Below are positions 7,050-14,840 of a stretch of 18,078 nt of DNA, one piece after another. The stretch is from Candidatus Micrarchaeota archaeon (GTDB lineage Archaea; Micrarchaeota; Micrarchaeia; Anstonellales; Bilamarchaeaceae). A program made the translations under genes and the position numbers. The number at the start of each line of letters is the position of its first letter. Position 1 is the stretch's first letter. The notes beneath the pieces are model-generated. The model made no database searches, was not told the origin of the DNA, and saw only the letters and a program-made list of their open reading frames with translations. The stretch spans positions 1-18,078 of the forward strand of contig JAGVWJ010000028.1 in the NCBI GenBank assembly GCA_018304385.1, given 5' to 3'.

Positions 7050-7862
7050 TTACGTCCCTAATCCAGCGACAGCTAGTGCAATTACTCCAAGATAGAGTAT
7101 TACTAAAAGAAGCCCAAATATTATTACAACAAGACGCATAGAATTAAATGTTTGTCCTATTGCTTCCTTTGCACTAACTAGATCATTCTTCTGTTTTATT
7201 ACATTCCCACGCATTGCGCTTATTTTTTGCTTTAGATCAGATAAGCCAATATTCTGTTTTTCAATATTTTTCTCTACTTCTCCTAAGCTGTCTGTTGTCA
7301 ATATGAAGCTATTACCTGCATTTTTCATCTTTGTTGAATACTGGCTTAATCCTGCCAAGGGCCCCAGACTTATGCCATCCACTGCATCTCCAAAGTCTAT
7401 TAATGCCTCACCAGTATTCTTAAAACCTGACTTCATTCCAGTAATGGTTGTTCCAAAATCCTTAATGCTTTTATTAAACGTATCTAATTGACCTTCTACA
7501 TTAACTACTCCTGCCTCTAGATTACCAATAAGTCCTGTAATATCTTCTATTTGTGTGGTAATAGGTACCTCTATATTATCTATTATCGGAAAAGATAAAA
7601 GCACTAGAATTATTGTTCCTATTATCCCAAATACCCCAAATGCTATTGCAAGTAGATACATGGGCATTTTTATCTTAGAGAGTGTTTCTTTTAAGTTAAA
7701 TTCTGGTTCTTTTACCTCAGTTTTCTTCTCTTTTTCTGGTTTGGGTTTCTTTTGCTCATTGCCCAATGCTGAAGGCCCACTGCCTTTTACCTGCTTTTCT
7801 TTTTTTTCTTGTAGAATTACTACGGCCTTGGCTGCCTCTATTTTGTTCTCTTCCTCTCCCAT
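7050..7862 (-). CDS. Hypothetical membrane protein: charged N-terminus, TM helix, long helical/coiled-coil region, C-terminal TM helix
   Basis: Hydrophobic segments LLAIAFGVFGIIGTIILVLLSF and VVIIFGLLLVILYLGVIALAVAG flank about 150 aa with a heptad-like pattern. Start placed at ATG 7862 because the longer ORF runs into the 7909-7988 hairpin. Confidence 0.7.
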   Translation of the reverse strand: MGEEENKIEAAKAVVILQEKKEKQVKGSGPSALGNEQKKPKPEKEKKTEVKEPEFNLKETLSKIKMPMYLLAIAFGVFGIIGTIILVLLSFPIIDNIEVPITTQIEDITGLIGNLEAGVVNVEGQLDTFNKSIKDFGTTITGMKSGFKNTGEALIDFGDAVDGISLGPLAGLSQYSTKMKNAGNSFILTTDSLGEVEKNIEKQNIGLSDLKQKISAMRGNVIKQKNDLVSAKEAIGQTFNSMRLVVIIFGLLLVILYLGVIALAVAGLGT

Positions 7863-7908
7863 ATGAAACTTGTTACACCAATGTATTAAAAAGATTAGCA
7901 AAGATATT

Positions 7909-7988
7909 TCAACTGCCATGAGCCTTCAGCCATGAGCCTTGAGCCAATGTTTGCTCATTGCTCACTGCCCATTGCTCAAGGCAGTTGA
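7909..7988. repeat. Inverted pair of heptamer tandem arrays forming an ~80-nt periodic hairpin
   Basis: Four 7-mers of ATGAGCC/TTCAGCC/TTGAGCC type (7918-7945) face four 7-mers of TTGCTCA/CTGCCCA type (7951-7978), closed by TCAACTGCC/GGCAGTTGA. Confidence 0.85.
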
Positions 7989-7993
7989 TAACT

Positions 7994-8833
7994 ATGTCCT
8001 TTGATTTTTATGTTATTATTGTAACATTAGCTGCCATAACGTATTCAGCTATTGCCAAGGTAGTTCAAGAAAAACTTACGAATAAGAAAGAAATGGAAGG
8101 AATACAATTGGAGTCTAAGAAACTTGGCGATGAATATAAGGAGGCATCCAAGAGAAATGATAAGATAAAAATAGATGAGATAACAAAAAAGCAAATGGCT
8201 CTATTTCCAAAAATGACTGGTATGATGTTTGGCCAGTTAAAGGTTCTAGCAGTTGTCCTTCTAGTTTTTTTTACTTTTTCTTGGGCGGTTGGTTATTTTG
8301 ACCCTACTGTAAAGGATGATATAAATCTGGATCTTAATGACAATGGACAGGATTGCGATGAAACAAAGGATGGGGTTTTTAGCGGATGTTATAAGTTAGA
8401 TGGCGGTGCTGAAGGAGAGTGGAATGCAAAGGTAGAAGCATTTCAATCACAACAAAAGTCTTCAGACAAGTTGCTTTATTTTTTCTTTAATAAAAATAGC
8501 AATTCGCTTCAAAAATCCAGTGGTAATTTAGATGCCAGCTTGCAAAAAGAGTTGTATACTACAGGTGAGGTTCTAAAAATAATTGCAAAGCCAGAAAAAG
8601 CGGATAGTGTAAAAGCGATACTTGATAGCGGGACTACATTTTACGTTGACCTTCCCTTTACAATCCCAATAGTTGAAGTTAAAAGAATAAGCGGTAGCTA
8701 TTGGTGGTTTATCTTTGTTTCAGTTATATCTAGTTTAGTATTTTCTTTTATAATCTCGAGGATAAGAAAAAGGCAGCAGAAGCAAGTGCCAGGGGCAAAA
8801 GCCCCTAGCGCAACCCCTAAACAGGATGAATAA
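7994..8833 (+). CDS. DUF106 / EMC3-TMCO1 (Oxa1 superfamily) membrane protein with an inserted soluble domain
   Basis: TM1, charged coiled coil (KKEMEGIQLESKKL...KKQMALF...MMFGQLK), TM2, then FYVDLPFTIP and YWWFIFVS. Position directly before cmk-eL14 matches the known archaeal DUF106 neighbourhood. Confidence 0.85.
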   Translation: MSFDFYVIIVTLAAITYSAIAKVVQEKLTNKKEMEGIQLESKKLGDEYKEASKRNDKIKIDEITKKQMALFPKMTGMMFGQLKVLAVVLLVFFTFSWAVGYFDPTVKDDINLDLNDNGQDCDETKDGVFSGCYKLDGGAEGEWNAKVEAFQSQQKSSDKLLYFFFNKNSNSLQKSSGNLDASLQKELYTTGEVLKIIAKPEKADSVKAILDSGTTFYVDLPFTIPIVEVKRISGSYWWFIFVSVISSLVFSFIISRIRKRQQKQVPGAKAPSATPKQDE

Positions 8834-8835
8834 AT

Positions 8836-9351
8836 ATGATAATTGCGATATCTGGTTTAACAGGAAGTGGAAAAAATACACTAGGCGAACAGCTTGCAAA
8901 AGCACTAGGGTTAAAGCTAGTATGTCCGACATTTAAAGACCTAGCAAAACGCGAAGGAATTTCATTAATGGATTTTCAAAAGCGTGCGGAGAAAGACCCA
9001 AATATAGATAAAAAATTTGATGCAGAACTCAAAGTGCAAGCTAAAGGAAACTGTGTTGTAACTACATGGCTCGGGCCATGGATGGTTAATGCTGATCTGC
9101 GCGTTTATGTATTTGCACCATTGGATGTTCGAGCTGAACGTGTTGCAAAACGTGATGGTATTTCAGTTAAGGATGCAACAAAACACATAATCGAAAGGGA
9201 TGAGCGTAATAGAAAAAGATATTTGAAAGTTTATGGTATTGATATATACGATACTTCCAATTTTGATGTATGTATTAGTAATGAGACCTTTTCTAAGGAA
9301 CAGACACGTGACGCGATATTGGAAATAATAAAGATAAGAGAATTGAAGTGA
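8836..9351 (+). CDS. cmk: Archaeal cytidylate kinase
   Basis: MIIAISGLTGSGKNT P-loop, FKDLAKREGISL, IDKKFD, APLDVRAERVAKRDG and RYLKVYGIDIYDTSNFD; lies upstream of eL14. Confidence 0.9.
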   Translation: MIIAISGLTGSGKNTLGEQLAKALGLKLVCPTFKDLAKREGISLMDFQKRAEKDPNIDKKFDAELKVQAKGNCVVTTWLGPWMVNADLRVYVFAPLDVRAERVAKRDGISVKDATKHIIERDERNRKRYLKVYGIDIYDTSNFDVCISNETFSKEQTRDAILEIIKIRELK

Positions 9352-9360
9352 GGTGAAAAT

Positions 9361-9534
9361 ATGCACGGTGCGATAAAGGTTGGTGCTGTTTGTAAAGTTA
9401 AAACAGGCCGTAGAACTGGACAAGAAGTTACAATTGCAAGGGTTGAAGGAAATTTTGCATTTGCGAAAACTGCTAAAGGAAAAGAGAGAAAATTTAATAT
9501 ATTATTTTTAGAGCCAACTGAAAAGAAAAACTAG
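9361..9534 (+). CDS. rpl14e: 50S ribosomal protein eL14, short 57-aa form (absent from the ORF track)
   Basis: Manual translation: MHGAIKVGAVCKVKTGRRTGQEVTIARVEGNFAFAKTAKGKERKFNILFLEPTEKKN. KOW-like G-x-V-C-x-x-x-x-G-R and LEPT motifs, SD GAGGTGA at 9350-9356, canonical position after cmk. Confidence 0.85.
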   Translation: MHGAIKVGAVCKVKTGRRTGQEVTIARVEGNFAFAKTAKGKERKFNILFLEPTEKKN

Positions 9535-9543
9535 GAGAGATTT

Positions 9544-9825
9544 ATGTCTATTAAGATTCCTTTTTACCCAAATAAAAGCGTGTCTTCATTTGATGTTATC
9601 TCCTCTATCCTAGTAGGCTTAATTTTTTGTCTTTTAGGGGGTATGATGTTATATGGGTTTATTCTTAATGAAGCAGTAGGTGGCAGTGGTTTTCCCCCTC
9701 CATCTTTTACCGATAATCCAATAGTTCAAATAGCAAATAGGTTGATGGGGGTGCTCACTATACTTGTAGGTCTTTATGTTTTATATTATGGAGTAGGGAG
9801 TTTTTATTTAAAAAATAAGAAATAG
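9544..9825 (+). CDS. Hypothetical small membrane protein (2 TM helices)
   Basis: Two long hydrophobic segments; AGGAG SD upstream; co-oriented and tightly packed with neighbours. Confidence 0.65.
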   Translation: MSIKIPFYPNKSVSSFDVISSILVGLIFCLLGGMMLYGFILNEAVGGSGFPPPSFTDNPIVQIANRLMGVLTILVGLYVLYYGVGSFYLKNKK

Positions 9826-9835
9826 AGTTGTTTTT

Positions 9836-10261
9836 ATGAATGAAGAAAGTCCAAAATGCTTGTATGGAGGGGCGTTAGTTGGAACCAAATTTCCGTTGCC
9901 TGATGACCAAAAAATTTATTACAAAGATAAAGACAAGCTGATTGGTTGCAATAGATTATATTGCTCAAATTGCAAATCATTTGTCAAAAATTGGGCAGGC
10001 TACAAAATTAATAAAGAAGCTGTTGCTGCTGAAAAAAATAAATTTGCTGGCACGGGCTCTCAACTAAAAAATAATGAAGATATAGGAAGTATATACAATA
10101 CAAAAAACCCAGAAAAGCAGCCTTTATTTACTAAAAATGGCGATTATAGAGTTTATTCGTGTAATTGCTCTTTTTTTGAGATCCAATCAGTGTATGAATT
10201 ATCTTTAGGCGATTGGGCTGATGTCGATACATGGGCATGCGCTGGCCATTCACAAAAATAA
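9836..10261 (+). CDS. Hypothetical Cys-rich, probably metal-binding protein
   Basis: Motifs KCLYGG, GCNRLYCSNC, YSCNC and WACAGH; operon-like spacing of about 10 nt on both sides. Confidence 0.7.
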   Translation: MNEESPKCLYGGALVGTKFPLPDDQKIYYKDKDKLIGCNRLYCSNCKSFVKNWAGYKINKEAVAAEKNKFAGTGSQLKNNEDIGSIYNTKNPEKQPLFTKNGDYRVYSCNCSFFEIQSVYELSLGDWADVDTWACAGHSQK

Positions 10262-10270
10262 GTTGAAACT

Positions 10271-11122
10271 ATGGATTTTGACAATTCCGTTATTATAATT
10301 AACAAGCCTCCAAAGATAATTAGCCATGAGCTTACTACTTGGGTTAAGAAAATTACTGATTCAAAGCGTGCTGGTCACGCTGGAACGCTTGATCCACAGG
10401 TAAGCGGTGTTTTGCCAATTGCATTAGGTAAGGCAACAAAATTACTTACATATATTGCGCCAAAGGATAAAATTTATGTTGGAATAATAAAATTCAAGCG
10501 CATTTTGAATCGAGAAGAAATAGAAAAACTATTCCAAAAATTTACGGGTGAGATTGAGCAAACCCCTCCAAAACAAAGCGCTGTACGCAAGGTTAAGCGT
10601 AAGAGAAAGGTTTACTATATAAAATTTTTAGAGCAGAGTAAAGAAAATCCAAGACTAGTTTTATTCGAGACTAAAGTTGATGCTGGCACTTACATCAGAG
10701 TATTGTGCGAGCAGATAGGCAAGCTTTGTGGTGGCGCGCGCATGGAAGAGCTGCGCAGGATTGCAGTTGGTGAGATTACAGAGCAACAAGCATTTACTAT
10801 TTATGATTTAATAGATGCAATTTGGCTCTGGAAGAATAAGAATGATACTTCTAAATTGGAAAAAATGTTGCACAAGCCAGAAGAATTTATTAGTTATCCA
10901 AAAGTCTTTATAAAAGAAAGCGCAATAAACTCAATTGCATCTGGTGCGCAGATAATGTATCCCGCTGTTAAGTCTTTGGAAAATGTAAAAAAAGATGGAT
11001 TGGTTTCGATTTATTCTGAAAATGGAAAGTTTGTTGGCGTAGGACGAGCTTCAGTAAGCAGCGAAGATTTTAAGGACTTGGAAACTGGGTTGGTTGTGAA
11101 ATTGGAAAGGGTTCATATTTAA
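10271..11122 (+). CDS. cbf5: H/ACA RNA-guided pseudouridine synthase Cbf5 (TruB family, PUA domain), N-terminally short
   Basis: Motifs INKP, GHAGTLDPQVSGVL (catalytic Asp), PPKQSAVR, AGTYIR and ELRR; PUA-like C-terminus KVFIKESAINSIASGAQIMYPAV. Confidence 0.93.
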   Translation: MDFDNSVIIINKPPKIISHELTTWVKKITDSKRAGHAGTLDPQVSGVLPIALGKATKLLTYIAPKDKIYVGIIKFKRILNREEIEKLFQKFTGEIEQTPPKQSAVRKVKRKRKVYYIKFLEQSKENPRLVLFETKVDAGTYIRVLCEQIGKLCGGARMEELRRIAVGEITEQQAFTIYDLIDAIWLWKNKNDTSKLEKMLHKPEEFISYPKVFIKESAINSIASGAQIMYPAVKSLENVKKDGLVSIYSENGKFVGVGRASVSSEDFKDLETGLVVKLERVHI

Positions 11123-11177
11123 TTATTTACCATAAAACATATACCTTTTTATTAATTCTTAAAGAAGCTCTTATTAC

Positions 11178-12431
11178 ATGAATTATAAATTCGCAATTAT
11201 TTTCTCATTTTTAATCCTTCTATTCGGGTGTGCTAGTAATACTCCTGATAAACAAAATGGAGCGCCAGTTGCGAATCCTCCTGCTAATCCACAAGATAGC
11301 GGAACACCTGATACAAACCCGCCTATAACCCCTCCAGTATCTCCAGAACCTAAAATAACAAAATGGGAACCGCCACAAGAAACCGAAACTCCTGAAATTG
11401 AAGTTCCACCTGCTCCTAAATTCATTGATACGGTCTATGCATTTGATCTAGATAGAAATTCAAAACCACTTGGTCGTGCCTTAGTTTCAGGAAAAACATA
11501 CGAATTAATCGCGGAGAATAAAGATCCATTCAAGGATTATGTTCGTTTTACTGTTCTAGTTGACGGTGTAGAAGTTGATTCAGTAGAAGCAAGATGCCCA
11601 GAATCATGTGCTAATGAAAAAATGTATTCAGTGCCGCTTACAGTTTCAGAAGGTGAGTATACAGAAATCATAGTACAAGTAGAAGATGGCAGTGGTGCAA
11701 AAGGCAACAGCGTTTCATATCGTTATGCTAAATCAGTTTCAGAAGCAGAATATATGGCTGAGACTTGCACTGTTGACGCAACTGTCACGCAATATCCAAG
11801 TGTATCAAAAAGCGGCCCAGAATTTGTTTCTTATGGCGGAACCATTACAGAAGGTTGGCCAGAAGGAACAGGAATAACTCCTTATAATATATCTACTGAT
11901 TACTCGGATATATGCGCATATATTCATTCTAACGGAATTCGTACTAGTGGAGGTAGATTTTTCGCTGCAACACGGTGGGAGTATAAATATGCATACGACC
12001 AAGATGTTACTCCAGTACCCGATCGAGTTGCATGCACGTGTAAGTGTACATCTGCACCCACAAACATAGATATTGGGGTTACTACTTCAGTAGAGTTTCC
12101 AAACTGGCTTGGTTACGATAGCGCCAACCAATGTCAAAAAGATCATTGGGATGAGTTTATGATCAATCTTAAAACCCATGAAGAAGGTCATGTTCTTATT
12201 TGTAATGATGGGGTTAATATAATTAAGCAGATAGTAGATAGTCCTTCGTTTACTGCAGAGGCAGCCACATGTCAAGCAGCATGCGATGAAGCAGTACAAA
12301 AAACAGATGCAGAATTCGAAAGAAGATTTGACGAAGGTCAAAAAGAAGTATCGAAAAAACAAAAAGATTATGACCGTAATACAGAACACGGGAAGACGCA
12401 AGGCGCAGTATTAGATTGTGCTGCGTGTTGA
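11178..12431 (+). CDS. Lipoprotein with Pro-rich linker and C-terminal DUF922-like putative zinc peptidase domain
   Basis: Signal peptide ending in LLFG-C, a P/T/E-rich stretch, then AATRWEYKY, FPNW, LKTHEEGH (HExxH) and QKDYDRNTEHGKTQG. Confidence 0.72.
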   Translation: MNYKFAIIFSFLILLFGCASNTPDKQNGAPVANPPANPQDSGTPDTNPPITPPVSPEPKITKWEPPQETETPEIEVPPAPKFIDTVYAFDLDRNSKPLGRALVSGKTYELIAENKDPFKDYVRFTVLVDGVEVDSVEARCPESCANEKMYSVPLTVSEGEYTEIIVQVEDGSGAKGNSVSYRYAKSVSEAEYMAETCTVDATVTQYPSVSKSGPEFVSYGGTITEGWPEGTGITPYNISTDYSDICAYIHSNGIRTSGGRFFAATRWEYKYAYDQDVTPVPDRVACTCKCTSAPTNIDIGVTTSVEFPNWLGYDSANQCQKDHWDEFMINLKTHEEGHVLICNDGVNIIKQIVDSPSFTAEAATCQAACDEAVQKTDAEFERRFDEGQKEVSKKQKDYDRNTEHGKTQGAVLDCAAC

Positions 12432-12464
12432 TGTATTTTAATTCTTATTTATCTAATTAACTTT

Positions 12465-13367
12465 ATGGATTCACAAACTGCCAGCGCTAATCGTATACCA
12501 ATTACTATTATTACTGGATATTTAGGCTCAGGCAAAACCACATTGCTAAAGCACATTCTTGAAAAATCAAACAAAAAATTAGCAATTATAATGAACGAAT
12601 TCGGTGAAATCGCAGTTGATGCAAAAATAATCGAAGGAAAGAATGTGAAAATGGCTGAACTGGCAGGTGGATGTGTTTGTTGCTCAATGACTGGTGAGTT
12701 TGAGGCAGCTATTCGTGAAGTGCTTGAAAAGGCAAATCCAGAATGGGTTATATTAGAAACAACTGGTGTAGCTGAGCCAACAGCTATTGCTTTTGATATA
12801 GGGCAAAGCATGCCTGAGATTCGTTTGGATGCAGTAGTTACAATAGTTGATTGCGATGCAATGTTTCGTTTTCCTAGTTTGGGCCATACTGGCAGAGAGC
12901 AAATTGAAATGGCAGATATCATAATCCTAAATAAGATAGATCTTGTTGATGAAAACCAGGTAGCTAAAGTTGAGGACAGACTAAGAGAATTAAATCCCCG
13001 CACAATAATTATAAAAGCACTCCGTTCAAAGGTTCCGCCAACATTTTTATTTGGTTTAAATAAAGAGCATAAAGTAGAAAAACATAAGGTCCATGAAATT
13101 GAAAGTGAAGTGTTTGTTTTTGAAAGCGACAAAACTTTTGATAAGGAGAAATTTACTGAGTTTGCAAATAACCTGCCAAAGGAAATTTACAGAAGCAAAG
13201 GATTTATTCGCTGCGAAAATAAAGAAGGATACCTATTCAATTTTGTCGCAGGTCGTTTCGATTTTGAGCCATTTGAAGCTGACAAAACAGAGCTTGTGTT
13301 CATAGGGAAGGATATTTTAAAGTTGGAAAAGAAAATAAAAGAAAAATTAGATGGATGTGCTACTTAG
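12465..13367 (+). CDS. COG0523 / CobW-family G3E GTPase (putative zinc metallochaperone)
   Basis: Motifs GYLGSGKTT, NEFGE, GCVCC, ETTG and NKID; CobW_C-like C-terminus (YRSKGF...FNFVAGRF...LVFIG). Confidence 0.92.
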   Translation: MDSQTASANRIPITIITGYLGSGKTTLLKHILEKSNKKLAIIMNEFGEIAVDAKIIEGKNVKMAELAGGCVCCSMTGEFEAAIREVLEKANPEWVILETTGVAEPTAIAFDIGQSMPEIRLDAVVTIVDCDAMFRFPSLGHTGREQIEMADIIILNKIDLVDENQVAKVEDRLRELNPRTIIIKALRSKVPPTFLFGLNKEHKVEKHKVHEIESEVFVFESDKTFDKEKFTEFANNLPKEIYRSKGFIRCENKEGYLFNFVAGRFDFEPFEADKTELVFIGKDILKLEKKIKEKLDGCAT

Positions 13368-14247
13368 GTTGAGGGCAAAACTGTGTTGCACCCATTGGTA
13401 GAGCAGCGTGTTCTGACATGAATATCTCCATTGTTGCTGTTGACCCAGGTCTGCAATCTACGACTGCCTTTAATCCACCATTTTCATCAACCTCGAGTCT
13501 TAATGGCATTGAAAAGTACCCTGCTTTTTCAAATACAAATTCTGTATTAACGTTGATCTTTCTATCCAATGTAACCCTTTGGCCGTTTATATCCAACACA
13601 ATCTCATTGTCCCTTTCTTCAACTACAGTTGCATTTGCATATTCGCCATTTGGAATATTTACAGTAATTAGAAACTCTCCCAATTGTTGTATCCCTAATT
13701 TTCCCAGGACAACTCTGATGCCTTCAAGGGCTTTTGAAATCTTATCTGCTTCTTCTCTGGAAATTTCAGAATAGTCCACTAATTCTGGTTTGCAGGACGC
13801 ATTAAACAATGCTTCTACTTCATTCAGTGGAAGTGTTCTATCTTTAATTTTGAATGTAACTGATAAAATATTTATTGCAGGCAATGGTGCTGATACTGAA
13901 ACTAAAATATTAACACCTATATTCTCATCGGTTACGTTGGTTACTTGTATCCCAGTCATACTTCTAAATGTTCCACCAAACCAAGTAATATCTCCGACCG
14001 ATAATCTAGTGGATGAATGTCTTCTGCAATCAGTACCAAATTGGTCTGTTCTTCTAGGGTTAGTACTCTTTGGTCCTAGGATCGCAGGTGCCATTGTCCA
14101 GCCATTTATTCTTTCATCTTCTCTTGGTGCACCAGTGCATCCAGCTAAACCAGCAACAAGAACAGCGCTCGCAGCAGTATTAAAACGTCTAGCTTTATTA
14201 TCTCTAACAGAATTGGAATTTACTACGCAAGAATAGTTTAATCTCAT
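13360..14247 (-). CDS. Hypothetical exported protein / lipoprotein
   Basis: 295-aa ORF with a basic N-region, hydrophobic stretch and LAG-C lipobox-like motif; beta-rich body. It overlaps the convergent GTPase by 8 nt. Confidence 0.65.
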   Translation of the reverse strand: MRLNYSCVVNSNSVRDNKARRFNTAASAVLVAGLAGCTGAPREDERINGWTMAPAILGPKSTNPRRTDQFGTDCRRHSSTRLSVGDITWFGGTFRSMTGIQVTNVTDENIGVNILVSVSAPLPAINILSVTFKIKDRTLPLNEVEALFNASCKPELVDYSEISREEADKISKALEGIRVVLGKLGIQQLGEFLITVNIPNGEYANATVVEERDNEIVLDINGQRVTLDRKINVNTEFVFEKAGYFSMPLRLEVDENGGLKAVVDCRPGSTATMEIFMSEHAALPMGATQFCPQPK

Positions 14248-14348
14248 CCAACCACCTATTTATTACTATTATAACCTCATATTAAAAAATGTATGTACTT
14301 TATATTTGTAATCTTATTACTCTAGTTGTAATACTAAGATGTGATTAA

Positions 14349-14780
14349 ATGGCATATAAATTCTACGATGATGTTGCAATAGCAGATGTTGCATACGAGG
14401 CAACAGGCAAAACGCTTGCTGAAATGATGGAAAGTGCAGGACTCGCACTTACCAATACAATGGTCAAAGATATTAAAGCTGTAAAAACCCCGGAAGAAGT
14501 AGTGTTTGAATTAAAAGCAGATAAAGCAGATAAATTATTGCACGAATTTTTACAGGAATTAATATTTTATAAAGATAAGGATCTTGTGCTTCTGACAAAA
14601 TTTAAAATAAGAATAACCTCACTCGCGACTGGTTATCGCGCGCAGATTCGAGCGCGTGGCGATAAAATCAATATGAAAAAGCAGGAGTTGCTCGTAGACG
14701 TAAAGGCAGTTAGCTGGCACATGTTCAAGGTAGAACAAACAAGAGACGGCTGGCGAGCTTTTGTAATTTTGGATGTTTGA
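14349..14780 (+). CDS. Archease (RtcB tRNA-ligase cofactor family)
   Basis: Motifs YKFYDDVAIADVAYEATGKTL, LLHEFLQELIF, DVKAVSWH and terminal FVILDV; 143 aa. Confidence 0.9.
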   Translation: MAYKFYDDVAIADVAYEATGKTLAEMMESAGLALTNTMVKDIKAVKTPEEVVFELKADKADKLLHEFLQELIFYKDKDLVLLTKFKIRITSLATGYRAQIRARGDKINMKKQELLVDVKAVSWHMFKVEQTRDGWRAFVILDV

Positions 14781-14840
14781 TTTACTATACCGTTGTAGAG
14801 CGGTAACAGTGATATATACTAATTATTAGTAACTAGCATT

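Noticed and set aside
7863-7993. N-terminal extensions of the 7050-7919(-) and 7958-8833(+) ORFs
   Set aside because: Both extensions run into the heptamer hairpin and are probably non-coding; downstream ATGs give sensible proteins.
7303-9423. ORFs 7303-7491(+), 7555-7866(+), 8735-8932(-) and 9163-9423(-)
   Set aside because: They are antisense overlaps of better-supported genes.
11183-14236. ORFs 11183-11425(-), 11686-11877(+), 11805-12002(-), 12087-12401(-), 12449-13132(-), 13093-13305(+), 13418-13774(+) and 13790-14236(+)
   Set aside because: They are alternative-frame or antisense shadows of the lipoprotein, COG0523 and 13360-14247 genes.
14349-14780. Archease without an adjacent rtcB as a novelty
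   Set aside because: Archease and rtcB are often unlinked in archaea, and the rest of the genome is not visible.
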